A stretch of 64,000 nucleotides of DNA from an uncultured Chitinophagales bacterium (GTDB lineage: Bacteria; Bacteroidota; Bacteroidia; Chitinophagales; BACL12), in contig CAYXBK010000019.1 of assembly GCA_964463165.1 (NCBI GenBank), forward strand, positions 20,914 to 84,913. Direction: 5' to 3'. The stretch's first letter is position 1. The number at the start of each line of letters is the position of its first letter. Of this stretch, positions 20,585-29,486 are shown in pieces. The notes beneath the pieces are model-generated. The model had not been told where the DNA came from. It saw nothing but the letters and a program-made list of their open reading frames with translations, and searched no databases. Both the position numbers and the translations under genes were made by a program.

Positions 20585-22534
20585 ATGATTGCAGTGCAGA
20601 ATTTATCGATTCATTTCGGGGGTGAATTTTTATTTGAAGATGTTTCATTTGCTTTAAAGGAAAACGACCGGGTCGGACTTGTTGGAAAAAACGGTGCGGG
20701 AAAATCAACCCTTTTAAAAATATTAAGCGGGATCCAGAAACCCGACTCGGGTTCGGTTGTGTTGCCGAAAGACAGCCTGATCGGATTTTTACACCAGGAT
20801 CTCAGTAAGATGCGTGGGAAAACTGTTTTCGAAGAAGCACAATCTGCATTTAATGAAGCTTTGGAACTCGATAAACAAATGCATAATATCGAGCATGAAC
20901 TCACACACCGTACAGATTATGAAAGCGATTCTTATCACGATCTCATAAATTCAATTCACGACATTTCGCATCGCCTTGAAATTATCAATGTGGCCACAAT
21001 TGATAAACAGATCGAACTGGTTTTAATGGGACTTGGGTTTATCAGGGAAGAATTTGATAAGCCGGTTGAAACATTCAGCGGCGGATGGCAAATGCGCATC
21101 GAACTTGCAAAAATTCTTTTGAGTAAACCCGAATTGGTTTTATTGGATGAGCCGACAAATCATTTGGATATTGAAAGTATTCAATGGCTGGAAACATATC
21201 TTGAAACATATCCCGGCGCAATTATTATCGTATCACACGACAGAACATTTCTCGATAATGTTACGAAACGAACGATTGAAATTGTAAGTAAAAAAATATA
21301 CGATTATCCGGCCGCGTATTCAAAATTTGTTGAATTGCGGAAAGAAAGAATTGATCAGCAACGTGCCGCACAAAAAAATCAGGAAAAATATATTCAGCAT
21401 ACCGAACAGTTGATTGATAAATTCAGGGCAAAAGCAAACAAGGCAAAATTTGCACAATCCCTGATTAAAAAATTAGATAAGATTGAAGAAATTGAAGTGG
21501 ATGATGAAGAAACTGCAACAATCCATTTTTATTTTCCAAAACCTCCTCGTTCAGGAAAATCAGTTGTAACAGGCAGGCATTTGTCGAAAAATTACGGCGA
21601 TAAAAATGTTTTGAAAAATATTGATTTCACAATTGAACGCGGCGATAAAATTGCATTTGTCGGAAAAAACGGTGAAGGAAAATCCACACTTTCAAAAATA
21701 ATTGCAGGGATCGAAAAATATGATGGTGAATTAACGATCGGCCATAATGTGTTGTTGGGATATTATGCGCAAAATCAGGCTGATACATTAAGCGGCGAAG
21801 ATACCGTTTTCGATACCATCGATCATGCGGCAGCAGGCGAAATGCGCTCACATATACGAACCTTACTCGGCGCCTTTTTATTCGGCGGTGAGGCTGCGTT
21901 TAAAAAAGTAAAAGTTTTAAGCGGTGGAGAAAAATCAAGGCTTGCACTTTGTAAGTTATTGCTGGACCCTACGAATTTATTAATTCTCGATGAGCCCACG
22001 AATCACCTGGATATGCGCAGCAAGGAAGTTTTGAAAAACGCATTGATGAATTATGAAGGAACGGTAATCGTTGTTTCGCACGACAGGGATTTTTTAAAAG
22101 GAATGACAAATCGAGTGTATGAATTTAAAGATCATAAGATCAAGGAACACATCGGAGATATTTATGATTATCTCGAAGCAAAAAAAATTGTGAATTTGCA
22201 GGAACTGGAAAGAAAGGAAACTGTTAAGCAACAACTGAAAGAAAAAGAAAAAACAAATCAGGCGAATAATTTAAAAGTAAGTACCGATCAGAAAAAAAAT
22301 CTTGATAAAGAAATAAATAAATTAAAAAAGGAAATTGAAAAGGCCGAAACTGAAATTAAATCAATTGAAACAGAAATCACAAAACTGGAAACAGAAATGA
22401 ACAGCCCGGATTTTTATCAGTCCGCAAATTCAAACGATGTATTCGGTAAATACAATCAATTAAAAGAATCCCACGAAAAGAAAATGGAAGAGTGGGAGCA
22501 ACTCCAGGAAAAAATGGAAAGTTTTTCCGTTTAA
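20585..22534 (+). CDS. ABC-F family ATPase (two ABC domains, no TM domain; translation-factor type)
   Basis: Two Walker A motifs (GKNGAGKST, GKNGEGKST), two LSGG signatures, and a C-terminal coiled coil. Confidence 0.9.
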   Translation: MIAVQNLSIHFGGEFLFEDVSFALKENDRVGLVGKNGAGKSTLLKILSGIQKPDSGSVVLPKDSLIGFLHQDLSKMRGKTVFEEAQSAFNEALELDKQMHNIEHELTHRTDYESDSYHDLINSIHDISHRLEIINVATIDKQIELVLMGLGFIREEFDKPVETFSGGWQMRIELAKILLSKPELVLLDEPTNHLDIESIQWLETYLETYPGAIIIVSHDRTFLDNVTKRTIEIVSKKIYDYPAAYSKFVELRKERIDQQRAAQKNQEKYIQHTEQLIDKFRAKANKAKFAQSLIKKLDKIEEIEVDDEETATIHFYFPKPPRSGKSVVTGRHLSKNYGDKNVLKNIDFTIERGDKIAFVGKNGEGKSTLSKIIAGIEKYDGELTIGHNVLLGYYAQNQADTLSGEDTVFDTIDHAAAGEMRSHIRTLLGAFLFGGEAAFKKVKVLSGGEKSRLALCKLLLDPTNLLILDEPTNHLDMRSKEVLKNALMNYEGTVIVVSHDRDFLKGMTNRVYEFKDHKIKEHIGDIYDYLEAKKIVNLQELERKETVKQQLKEKEKTNQANNLKVSTDQKKNLDKEINKLKKEIEKAETEIKSIETEITKLETEMNSPDFYQSANSNDVFGKYNQLKESHEKKMEEWEQLQEKMESFSV

Positions 22535-24084
22535 TGCACCACTATTTTTCTGAAATCAATTGATCCGCCATCTTTAATAATTAAAAGATAAATACCGGAT
22601 TTTTCAAGGTGAAATTGCATCGTTGAAGCGGATGCTTTTTCGCTATGGATTAATTCTCCAAGGCTGTTGTAAATTTCAATCTCTGCAGCGGAATTCAATG
22701 CATTTGTAAAATCGATATTAAAATCTCCTGTTGAGGGATTCGGATATACAAGAATTGAGGCGCCAAACAAATTATTTTTAATATCAGTGATTGCGACAAA
22801 TGTTTCCGTGCTCATATCAGAACAACCTTCCTCATTTGTAATCGTAACGCTGTAGTTACCTTCTTCAACCGGTGTATATGTCTGTTCAGTAGCACCCGTA
22901 ATAATTTCTCCGTTGAGATACCATTGAAAAGTTGCTCCATCGCTGGCAATTAATTCAGTTCCATCGAAACTAACAGTTGCAACAAAAGGGCTTACAAGTA
23001 AAATAACAACCGAATAGGATGGATCTTCACATGTCTCGCCCGGTTGAGCAATCATTTTAACATAGTACGTTCCGTAATCCAAATAGGTATGAATGGGTTC
23101 GGTTTCAGTTGAAGTCGTTCCATCTCCGAAATCCCATAAATATGTATCGGTTCCTTCCGAGAAATTATGAAAATGAATTTGACGGTTTCCGCAACTACTG
23201 ATTTTTTCTTCAATATCCGCAACATATCCTGATGAACAATCCTGTACATTAAATTGAAAATCACGGTAGTGGTCGGTCAATAAAATACCATCGCGGTATT
23301 CACTCACCTTAATGCCTACTACATATCTTCCTTCTGTTGTTGCAGTACCCGTAATCAATCCGGTAACGGAATTTATTTCAAGAGCAGGTGATGCATCAAT
23401 CGGATATTCCGGTGAATAACCGGGAGTATTGGTTACTACTTCATAAGGAGGAGGTGATGCAATTGCAGGTGCAGGGGCAAATGGATCTGCACCCAGCAGA
23501 GGAGCAAAAAATGAATACACGAGTGAATCGCCATCGGGATCTGTTGCTGAATTATCAATGTATAATGCTTCGCCGATACAAATTACAATTGGCGGATAAT
23601 CATTGAAAACGGGCGAATTATTATCGCTTACCACTGCCGTTCCGGGAATATTCTGGAAAACCGTGAATCCGGTATTATCGGGATCCGTAATATTGATGAT
23701 CGAAGAATTGCGACAGCACCTTTGATAAACCAATGTATATCCGTCGGCCAGATCGGCTAAGGTAATTGTAGTTGTATAAATTGCTCGTTCAACGCAAATT
23801 TCAGGCAGGGTATCATAACAAATTGAGTCAATATCAATCTCTTCAATTACCGGATCATATACCGGGAAATTCGAGATGTATGCATTGGTGGCGGTATTGA
23901 AAACCGTGAAATAGGCAGGGTTGTCGAACGTGGTCATACTTGTGCAATCACGGTAAAGAATGAGTTTTACTTCATAGGTTTCTGCAGCTGTTTTCGTACA
24001 AACCAGTTCACCGCCGATAATATGGCTGGCATATAATGAAATTGAAATCAAAATGAGAAATGCGGAGGAGAGAAGATGTTTCAT
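22531..24084 (-). CDS. Secreted PKD-domain protein with T9SS type A C-terminal sorting domain
   Basis: Signal peptide; N-terminal SHIIGGEL...LYRDC module; PKD motif WDFGDGTTS...HTY; C-terminal YPNPSTGDF...GIYLL. Confidence 0.75.
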   Translation of the reverse strand: MKHLLSSAFLILISISLYASHIIGGELVCTKTAAETYEVKLILYRDCTSMTTFDNPAYFTVFNTATNAYISNFPVYDPVIEEIDIDSICYDTLPEICVERAIYTTTITLADLADGYTLVYQRCCRNSSIINITDPDNTGFTVFQNIPGTAVVSDNNSPVFNDYPPIVICIGEALYIDNSATDPDGDSLVYSFFAPLLGADPFAPAPAIASPPPYEVVTNTPGYSPEYPIDASPALEINSVTGLITGTATTEGRYVVGIKVSEYRDGILLTDHYRDFQFNVQDCSSGYVADIEEKISSCGNRQIHFHNFSEGTDTYLWDFGDGTTSTETEPIHTYLDYGTYYVKMIAQPGETCEDPSYSVVILLVSPFVATVSFDGTELIASDGATFQWYLNGEIITGATEQTYTPVEEGNYSVTITNEEGCSDMSTETFVAITDIKNNLFGASILVYPNPSTGDFNIDFTNALNSAAEIEIYNSLGELIHSEKASASTMQFHLEKSGIYLLIIKDGGSIDFRKIVVH

Positions 24085-24128
24085 GGTGAGATTATTTAAG
24101 GCTAAGTTAAAAAATATAAGCGAAAAAA

Positions 24129-24161
24129 TTTGGTTGTTCGAATTGCTTAATCGTATATTTG
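24129..24161 (+). promoter_or_regulatory. Bacteroidota promoter (TTTG, 21-nt spacer, TATATTTG) upstream of arsR
   Basis: -33 TTTG at 24129-24132 and -7 TATATTTG at 24154-24161. The short TATAT/ATATA inverted repeat over the -7 box could be an ArsR operator. Confidence 0.45.
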
Positions 24162-24178
24162 CGATATAAAATTAACCA

Positions 24179-24493
24179 ATGGCTTACAGCAAACGAAACG
24201 AATTCAGTGAGGATGAGATCCAGATTGCTCTCGTGGCGAAGGCTCTTGCCCATCCGGCCCGGGTTGCAATTTTAAAATTGCTGTCGAACGGCCAATGTAT
24301 CTGCGGGGAGATCGTTGATCAATTACCCTTATCTCAGTCTACCGTATCCCAACATTTAAAAGAATTAAAAACTGCCGGATTAATAAAAGGTGATATTGAC
24401 GGACCAAGGGTTTGTTATTGCCTGAATATGGAAGTCTGCTCAAAATCACTTGTTTTTTTTCAATCCTTATTCCGGGAAATTAAATGCTGCTGA
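24179..24493 (+). CDS. arsR: ArsR/SmtB family metalloregulatory transcription factor
   Basis: [11 protein letters not shown]...CICGEIV...[18 protein letters not shown] wHTH with a CxC metal(loid) site. Confidence 0.85.
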   Translation: MAYSKRNEFSEDEIQIALVAKALAHPARVAILKLLSNGQCICGEIVDQLPLSQSTVSQHLKELKTAGLIKGDIDGPRVCYCLNMEVCSKSLVFFQSLFREIKCC

Positions 24494-24533
24494 AAATATT
24501 TTTTTATAAACGAATTCTTTAAAAATAAACCAT

Positions 24534-25376
24534 ATGCAAAATTCAAATGAAATTAAGGAGATGGTGAAAGAGAAATATGCTCTTATTGCCAAACAGTCAA
24601 AAAAAGAAAACGAAACTTCTTGTTGCGGTTCAGGATGCGGTTGCAGTACAATTGATTATTCAATTATGAGTGATGATTATACATCGCTTGAAGGTTATAT
24701 TGCAGAAGCCGATCTCGGATTAGGTTGCGGCCTGCCTACCGAATATGCAAATATTAAAATCGGCGATACGGTTGTTGATTTGGGAAGCGGTGCAGGGAAC
24801 GATGCATTTATTGCACGATCAATTGTCGGAGAAGATGGAAGAGTGATTGGAATTGATATGACGGAAACGATGATTGAACGTGCAAGAAAAAATGCGCAGA
24901 AATTAAAATTGGAGAATGTGGAATTCCGGCTGGGAGATATTGAACATGTGCCGCTCTCGAATAATAAGGCGGATGTTGTGGTAAGTAATTGTGTTTTGAA
25001 TCTGGTGCCCGATAAATTAAAGGCTTTTACAGAGATCTATCGTATTTTAAAACCCGGCGGTCATTTTAATATTTCTGATATTGTGCTGGAAGGAGAATTG
25101 CCTGCAGATTTAGTGAAGGAAGCTGAGATGTATGCGGGCTGTGTTGCCGGAGCCATTCAGAAAAATGATTATCTCGCACTGATACGCAATGCGGGATTTA
25201 CAAATATTGTGATCAATAAAGAGAAAAAAATAATTGTACCTGACGAAATCCTTTCGAATTATTTGTCGGAAGAACAATTAAAAATCTATAAAGAAAGTAA
25301 GACCGGAATTTTCAGTATTACGGTTTATGCCGATAAACCGAAAGATTGCGGTTGCGGAACGGATTGTTGTCATTAA
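24534..25376 (+). CDS. arsM: Arsenite S-adenosylmethionine methyltransferase ArsM
   Basis: CCGSGCGCS N-terminal Cys cluster, VVDLGSGAGND SAM motif, SNCVLNL, C-terminal CGCGTDCC. Follows arsR. Confidence 0.85.
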   Translation: MQNSNEIKEMVKEKYALIAKQSKKENETSCCGSGCGCSTIDYSIMSDDYTSLEGYIAEADLGLGCGLPTEYANIKIGDTVVDLGSGAGNDAFIARSIVGEDGRVIGIDMTETMIERARKNAQKLKLENVEFRLGDIEHVPLSNNKADVVVSNCVLNLVPDKLKAFTEIYRILKPGGHFNISDIVLEGELPADLVKEAEMYAGCVAGAIQKNDYLALIRNAGFTNIVINKEKKIIVPDEILSNYLSEEQLKIYKESKTGIFSITVYADKPKDCGCGTDCCH

Positions 25377-25394
25377 TCGGAAAAAAATAAAATC

Positions 25395-25559
25395 ATGAAC
25401 CGCGGTGACTGGATACAATTATCATTTTTAATAATTATTTTTCTGGTCATCGCGGTTATTATTTATTCATTGATTTATTTCCCGCTTTGGACCGGGATTG
25501 CAGAAATTGCCGTGGCTGTTTTTATCGGATGGCTCATCAGCAAACGCATCAAGCTCTGA
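25395..25559 (+). CDS. Small (54 aa) two-TM membrane protein, unannotated (below the ORF-track cutoff)
   Basis: ATG 18 nt after the arsM stop. MNRGDWIQLSFLIIIFLVIAVIIYSLIYFPLWTGIAEIAVAVFIGWLISKRIKL has two hydrophobic helices. Confidence 0.35.
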   Translation: MNRGDWIQLSFLIIIFLVIAVIIYSLIYFPLWTGIAEIAVAVFIGWLISKRIKL

Positions 25560-25568
25560 AAAAAGTTT

Positions 25569-25576
25569 TATTTTTG
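25569..25576 (+). promoter_or_regulatory. Bacteroidota -7 box (TATTTTTG) upstream of the DUF2911 gene
   Basis: TAnnTTTG match 16 nt before the ATG at 25593. Confidence 0.35.
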
Positions 25577-25592
25577 CAGCAGAATCTATTTT

Positions 25593-26195
25593 ATGAGACA
25601 AACCATTTTATTTCTATTTATTTCTGTATCAATTTTTACAGGCTGTAAAAATTCTGCACAACAGGCTTTAAAAGATAAACGCAAGGAAGAAACACAAAAC
25701 AAAGAAAACCGGGTGAGCCCGCCAATGACAGCTGAGGCAACTATTGCAGGAAATAAGGTTGTGATCAATTATGGATCACCTAAAGTGCATGCCCCCGATG
25801 GCACCGACCGCAACGGGCATATATGGGGTGAACTGGTACCTTTTGATGAAGTATGGAGAACAGGTGCAAATGAAGCGACAACAATTTCATTTTCAAAAGA
25901 TGTGCTGATCGAAGGACAACCGCTTGAAAAAAATATTTATTCTCTCTTTACCATCCCGACTACGGATGAATGGGCGGTGATTTTCAATTTAAATGAAACA
26001 CAATGGGGTGCATTTAAATATGATGCGAGTGAAGATGCATTGCGTGTGAAAGCAAAACCGGTTGCGATGGAACAATTACAGGAATCCATGAAATTTGAAA
26101 TTTTACAGGATTCTATTCCTGATGGTGGCATTGTTCGTTTAAGCTGGGAAAAACTGCAGGTGGATTTTCATTTTATGAATGCGCCGGAGAAGTGA
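25593..26195 (+). CDS. DUF2911 domain protein (secreted/lipoprotein)
   Basis: Lipobox FTGC; YGSPKV...GELVPFDEVWRTGANEAT...LFTIP pattern typical of DUF2911. Confidence 0.65.
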   Translation: MRQTILFLFISVSIFTGCKNSAQQALKDKRKEETQNKENRVSPPMTAEATIAGNKVVINYGSPKVHAPDGTDRNGHIWGELVPFDEVWRTGANEATTISFSKDVLIEGQPLEKNIYSLFTIPTTDEWAVIFNLNETQWGAFKYDASEDALRVKAKPVAMEQLQESMKFEILQDSIPDGGIVRLSWEKLQVDFHFMNAPEK

Positions 26196-26201
26196 AAAAT
26201 G

Positions 26202-26256
26202 GCTGCTGGCTGCTGGCTGCTTGCTGCTAGCGGTCAGAGGCAAGCAGCCTGCTCAA
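26202..26256. repeat. Heptamer tandem array (GGCTGCT class) with embedded 10-bp inverted repeat
   Basis: GGCTGCT GGCTGCT GGCTGCT TGCTGCT AGCGGTC AGAGGCA AGCAGCC. GGCTGCTTGC pairs with GCAAGCAGCC. Lies between convergent genes. Confidence 0.8.
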
Positions 26257-26690
26257 TAAAAAATCATCTCCACAAACGAAGTTGTATTTGCCGGTGTGCT
26301 CACCGAGTCGATAATGTCTGCAAATGAAGGATGCTTTGCACGGATATAATAAAAATCTTTATCGAGTGCGTTGATTTCACAATGACCGGTTGAATCGGTA
26401 AGGCGGGATGCAGCGGGATAAGCTTCATTTAAAAAATCATAATAATCGTAATAAATATCCACCGTGGCTAACGCCACTACACTATCCATCTCCGGCGAAA
26501 CCGAATACACATGAATCACATCAAATTTAATTGTCCGGTTGAAATTTTCGGAACCATGTAGATCATCATCAACCGTTTCGTTTTTATCGCATGATGCGAA
26601 AATGAAAATTGTTGCGACAAAAAGAATAGATTTAGCCAAATAGGCTGCTCGTGATAAAAAGTAAAATTTCTGATTTAGATCAAAATTCAT
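26253..26690 (-). CDS. Hypothetical lipoprotein
   Basis: Start moved to MNFDLNQK...SILFVATIFIFASC (lipobox). The upstream part of the 190-aa track ORF reads through low-complexity intergenic sequence. Confidence 0.45.
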   Translation of the reverse strand: MNFDLNQKFYFLSRAAYLAKSILFVATIFIFASCDKNETVDDDLHGSENFNRTIKFDVIHVYSVSPEMDSVVALATVDIYYDYYDFLNEAYPAASRLTDSTGHCEINALDKDFYYIRAKHPSFADIIDSVSTPANTTSFVEMIFY

Positions 26691-26892
26691 TAGAAATCGC
26701 GGGTGGCATGAAAAAACGGCTGGCGGGGTGGTTTTGTGGCGTGGCAGCATCGTTTTTTCTTGATTTTTTGTTACTTTTTCATCAAGGAAAAAGTAAGATG
26801 AAAAATTAGCTTTGGTGTTTTGCAATTCCTTAAATTTCTTTCAATAAACATCAACTTGTTTAAAATTACGGTATACTAAATATTATGATTAT

Positions 26893-28437
26893 TTAAACTA
26901 AACTCTTCAGAATATTATTCATATCCACTTTCTCATTAACAACGGATAATACATTTTCAATTTTAATTCTTTCCTGCAACATGCTGTCACGCTCGCGAAT
27001 TGTTACCGTATTATCTTCCAGTGTCTGATGATCAATTGTAATACAATATGGTGTTCCGATCGCATCCATTCTTCTGTATCTTTTTCCGATTGAATCTTTT
27101 TCTTCATAATAACATTGATGATGAAATTTCAATTCGTTGAAAATATCCATTGCTTTTTCCGGTAATCCGTCTTTTTTTACCAGCGGCAATACGGCAACTT
27201 TAATTGGCGCAAGCACCACCGGTAAGCGCAATACTGTTCTTGTATCTTCATTTACCTGTTCTTCATCATACGCATTGCACAACATGGCAAGGAACATACG
27301 GTCGCAACCAATGGAAGTTTCCACTACGTAAGGTATATAGTTTTCATTTAATTCACTGTCGAAATATTGTAATTTTTTTCCGGAGAATTCGGTATGCCGT
27401 GATAAATCATAATTTGTGCGTGAATGAATTCCTTCCAGTTCTTTAAATCCGAACGGAAATTGAAATTCAATATCCACTGCTGCATTTGCATAATGCGCCA
27501 CTTTATCGTGATCATGAAATTTCAGCATAGCTTCATTCGTTCCTAAAGCAAGATGCCATTTCATGCGGGTGGCTTTCCAGTAATTATAATAATTTAATTC
27601 TTCACCCGGGCGGACGAAAAACTGCATTTCCATTTGCTCGAATTCACGCATGCGGAAAATAAACTGCCGTGCAACAATTTCATTCCGGAATGCTTTTCCG
27701 ATTTGTGCGATACCGAATGGAATTTTTTGACGGGATGTTTTCTGTACATTTAAAAAATTCACGAAAATACCCTGAGCTGTTTCCGGACGTAAATAAATTG
27801 TGTCGGCATCTTCTGCAACAGATCCCAATTTTGTGCTGAACATTAAATTAAATTGCCTTACATCCGTCCAGTTTCTGCTGCCGGTTTCAGGATCAGCAAT
27901 TTCACAATCAATAATGATCTGTTTTAATTCTTCTAGATTATTTTCATTTAATGCGGCTACATATCTTGCATGCACTTTATTTCTTTTCTCCGCAACTTCC
28001 ATAACCCTCGGATTTGTAGAAATAAACATTGCTTCATCGAAACTTTCACCGAATCGTTTCGCCGCTTTCTCAACTTCTTTTCTGATCTTATCATCTTGTT
28101 TTGCGAGATAATCTTCAATTAAATTATCTGCACGATATCTTTTTTTCGAATCTTTATTATCGATCAGCGGATCATTAAAAGCGTCCACATGTCCGCTTGC
28201 TTTCCAGGTAGTCGGGTGCATCAGAATTGCAGAATCGAGGCCGACAATGTTTTCATGCATCTGCACCATCGATTTCCACCAGTATTCCTTGATATTGTTT
28301 TTGAGCAATACGCCGTACTGGCCATAATCATATACGGCACTCAGGCCATCATAAATCTCGCTGCTCTGAAAAATAAAACCATACTCCTTCGCATGGCTGA
28401 TCACTTTCCTGAATTTCTCTGCATCATTTGGAATCAT
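26893..28437 (-). CDS. glyQS: Glycine--tRNA ligase (dimeric class II GlyRS)
   Basis: Conserved GlyRS N-terminus FRKVISHAKEYGFIFQSSEIYDGL..YDYG..G..LKNNIK..WW. Start set at ATG 28437; the track extension translates heptamer repeats. Confidence 0.9.
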   Translation of the reverse strand: MIPNDAEKFRKVISHAKEYGFIFQSSEIYDGLSAVYDYGQYGVLLKNNIKEYWWKSMVQMHENIVGLDSAILMHPTTWKASGHVDAFNDPLIDNKDSKKRYRADNLIEDYLAKQDDKIRKEVEKAAKRFGESFDEAMFISTNPRVMEVAEKRNKVHARYVAALNENNLEELKQIIIDCEIADPETGSRNWTDVRQFNLMFSTKLGSVAEDADTIYLRPETAQGIFVNFLNVQKTSRQKIPFGIAQIGKAFRNEIVARQFIFRMREFEQMEMQFFVRPGEELNYYNYWKATRMKWHLALGTNEAMLKFHDHDKVAHYANAAVDIEFQFPFGFKELEGIHSRTNYDLSRHTEFSGKKLQYFDSELNENYIPYVVETSIGCDRMFLAMLCNAYDEEQVNEDTRTVLRLPVVLAPIKVAVLPLVKKDGLPEKAMDIFNELKFHHQCYYEEKDSIGKRYRRMDAIGTPYCITIDHQTLEDNTVTIRERDSMLQERIKIENVLSVVNEKVDMNNILKSLV

Positions 28438-28441
28438 GTGG

Positions 28442-28449
28442 CAAAGATA
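28442..28449 (-). promoter_or_regulatory. Bacteroidota -7 box (TATCTTTG on minus strand) for glyQS
   Basis: TAnnTTTG match ending 4 nt before the glyQS ATG. Confidence 0.4.
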
Positions 28450-28450
28450 A

Positions 28451-28545
28451 GTGTGAGTGGTGAATGGTGAGTGGTGAGGGGGCAGTAGGCAGTCGCAGTT
28501 GGCAGTGTCTTGAATCCTGGTTCCTGAATCCTGACTCAATCCTGT
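28451..28545. repeat. Composite heptamer array with three word classes (GTGAGTG, GGCAGTC, CCTGAAT/CCTGACT)
   Basis: GTGAGTG GTGAATG GTGAGTG GTGAGGG | GGCAGTA GGCAGTC GCAGTT GGCAGTG | CTTGAAT CCTGGTT CCTGAAT CCTGACT. Sits in a divergent promoter region. Confidence 0.85.
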
Positions 28546-28591
28546 AACAAATCTTAACGCCCGATCGTCATACCCTGCAATTGATATCAAT

Positions 28592-28599
28592 TATATTTG
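28592..28599 (+). promoter_or_regulatory. Bacteroidota -7 box (TATATTTG) for the DUF2807 gene
   Basis: TAnnTTTG match 21 nt upstream of the ATG at 28621. Confidence 0.4.
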
Positions 28600-28620
28600 A
28601 ATAACATTAAAACCGGTTTT

Positions 28621-29331
28621 ATGAAAATCAGAAAAATTTATGCTCCGATGGCAATTGGCCTCATCGCAATTGCCATCATCTCCCTCTCATTCAAAAACTA
28701 CACAATTGCAACATCTCCGAACCAGGACCTTCCGGCATTTAAAAATATTTCAGTAGGCGGTTGCTGGGATGTATTTGTTTCAAATACCGGCAGTTCCGGC
28801 TTACGTATGGAAGGCGATCAGACCGAAATTGATAAAATAGTGACCGAGGTAAAGAACGGCACCTTGTATATCACCCTGAAAAAAAATAATATGAACTGCA
28901 ATGGAAAGGTTAACATTTATGTCACCACAAATGAATTGCACAGGGTGGATCTGGGCGGTTCAGGAAATATTAAACTCGAATCAAAATTTTCAAATTCCGA
29001 ATCTATGGATTTCAGCGTGGCGGGTTCGGGTAATATTGAAGGTGAGATCTCAACTCCCGATGTGGATGCTGAAATTGCAGGTTCCGGAACGATCAAATTG
29101 TGGGGTGACACCCAAAGCCTGGATATCGACATAGCAGGCAGCGGTAATTTCAACGGTGACGGACTGGCAAGTAATAATTCCGACATTGACATTTCGGGAA
29201 GTGGCGAAGCGCATGTGCGGGTTGCCTCAAAACTGGATGTTGAAATTGCAGGATCAGGCGATGTGTACTATTCAGGTGAACCGGTTGTTACCAAGAATAT
29301 TGCAGGCTCGGGCAATGTGCGCAAGAACTGA
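28621..29331 (+). CDS. DUF2807 / head GIN domain protein (beta-helical adhesin-head-like)
   Basis: Repeated (I/V)AGSGN(I/V/F) beta-helix rungs (GGSGNIKL, VAGSGNIEG, IAGSGTIKL, IAGSGNFNG, ISGSGEAHV, IAGSGDVYY, IAGSGNV). Confidence 0.75.
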   Translation: MKIRKIYAPMAIGLIAIAIISLSFKNYTIATSPNQDLPAFKNISVGGCWDVFVSNTGSSGLRMEGDQTEIDKIVTEVKNGTLYITLKKNNMNCNGKVNIYVTTNELHRVDLGGSGNIKLESKFSNSESMDFSVAGSGNIEGEISTPDVDAEIAGSGTIKLWGDTQSLDIDIAGSGNFNGDGLASNNSDIDISGSGEAHVRVASKLDVEIAGSGDVYYSGEPVVTKNIAGSGNVRKN

Positions 29332-29357
29332 TAAAATTATATGAAACGCATTTTTAC

Positions 29358-29384
29358 AGCGGACTTTTCAGTCCGCTTTTTTTA
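29358..29384 (+). terminator. Rho-independent terminator
   Basis: AGCGGACT-TTTC-AGTCCGCT hairpin followed by T7. Confidence 0.75.
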
Positions 29385-29486
29385 TGACTGTAGCGCACAG
29401 GCTATATACACAATTCCGAATGTGCATTGCAGCTTATATACTTTTTTGTAAACCACTACTTTCGCTTTACAATAAAACCATATTTT

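Noticed and set aside
28438-28590. 51-codon N-terminal extension of the glyQS ORF. Analogous upstream extensions occur at 3311, 26825, 29427, 36490, 36510, 37532, 47794 and 55543.
   Set aside because: The extensions read through repeats or promoters, or use TTG/GTG far upstream. Conserved protein N-termini or signal peptides begin at the internal ATGs used in the feature table.
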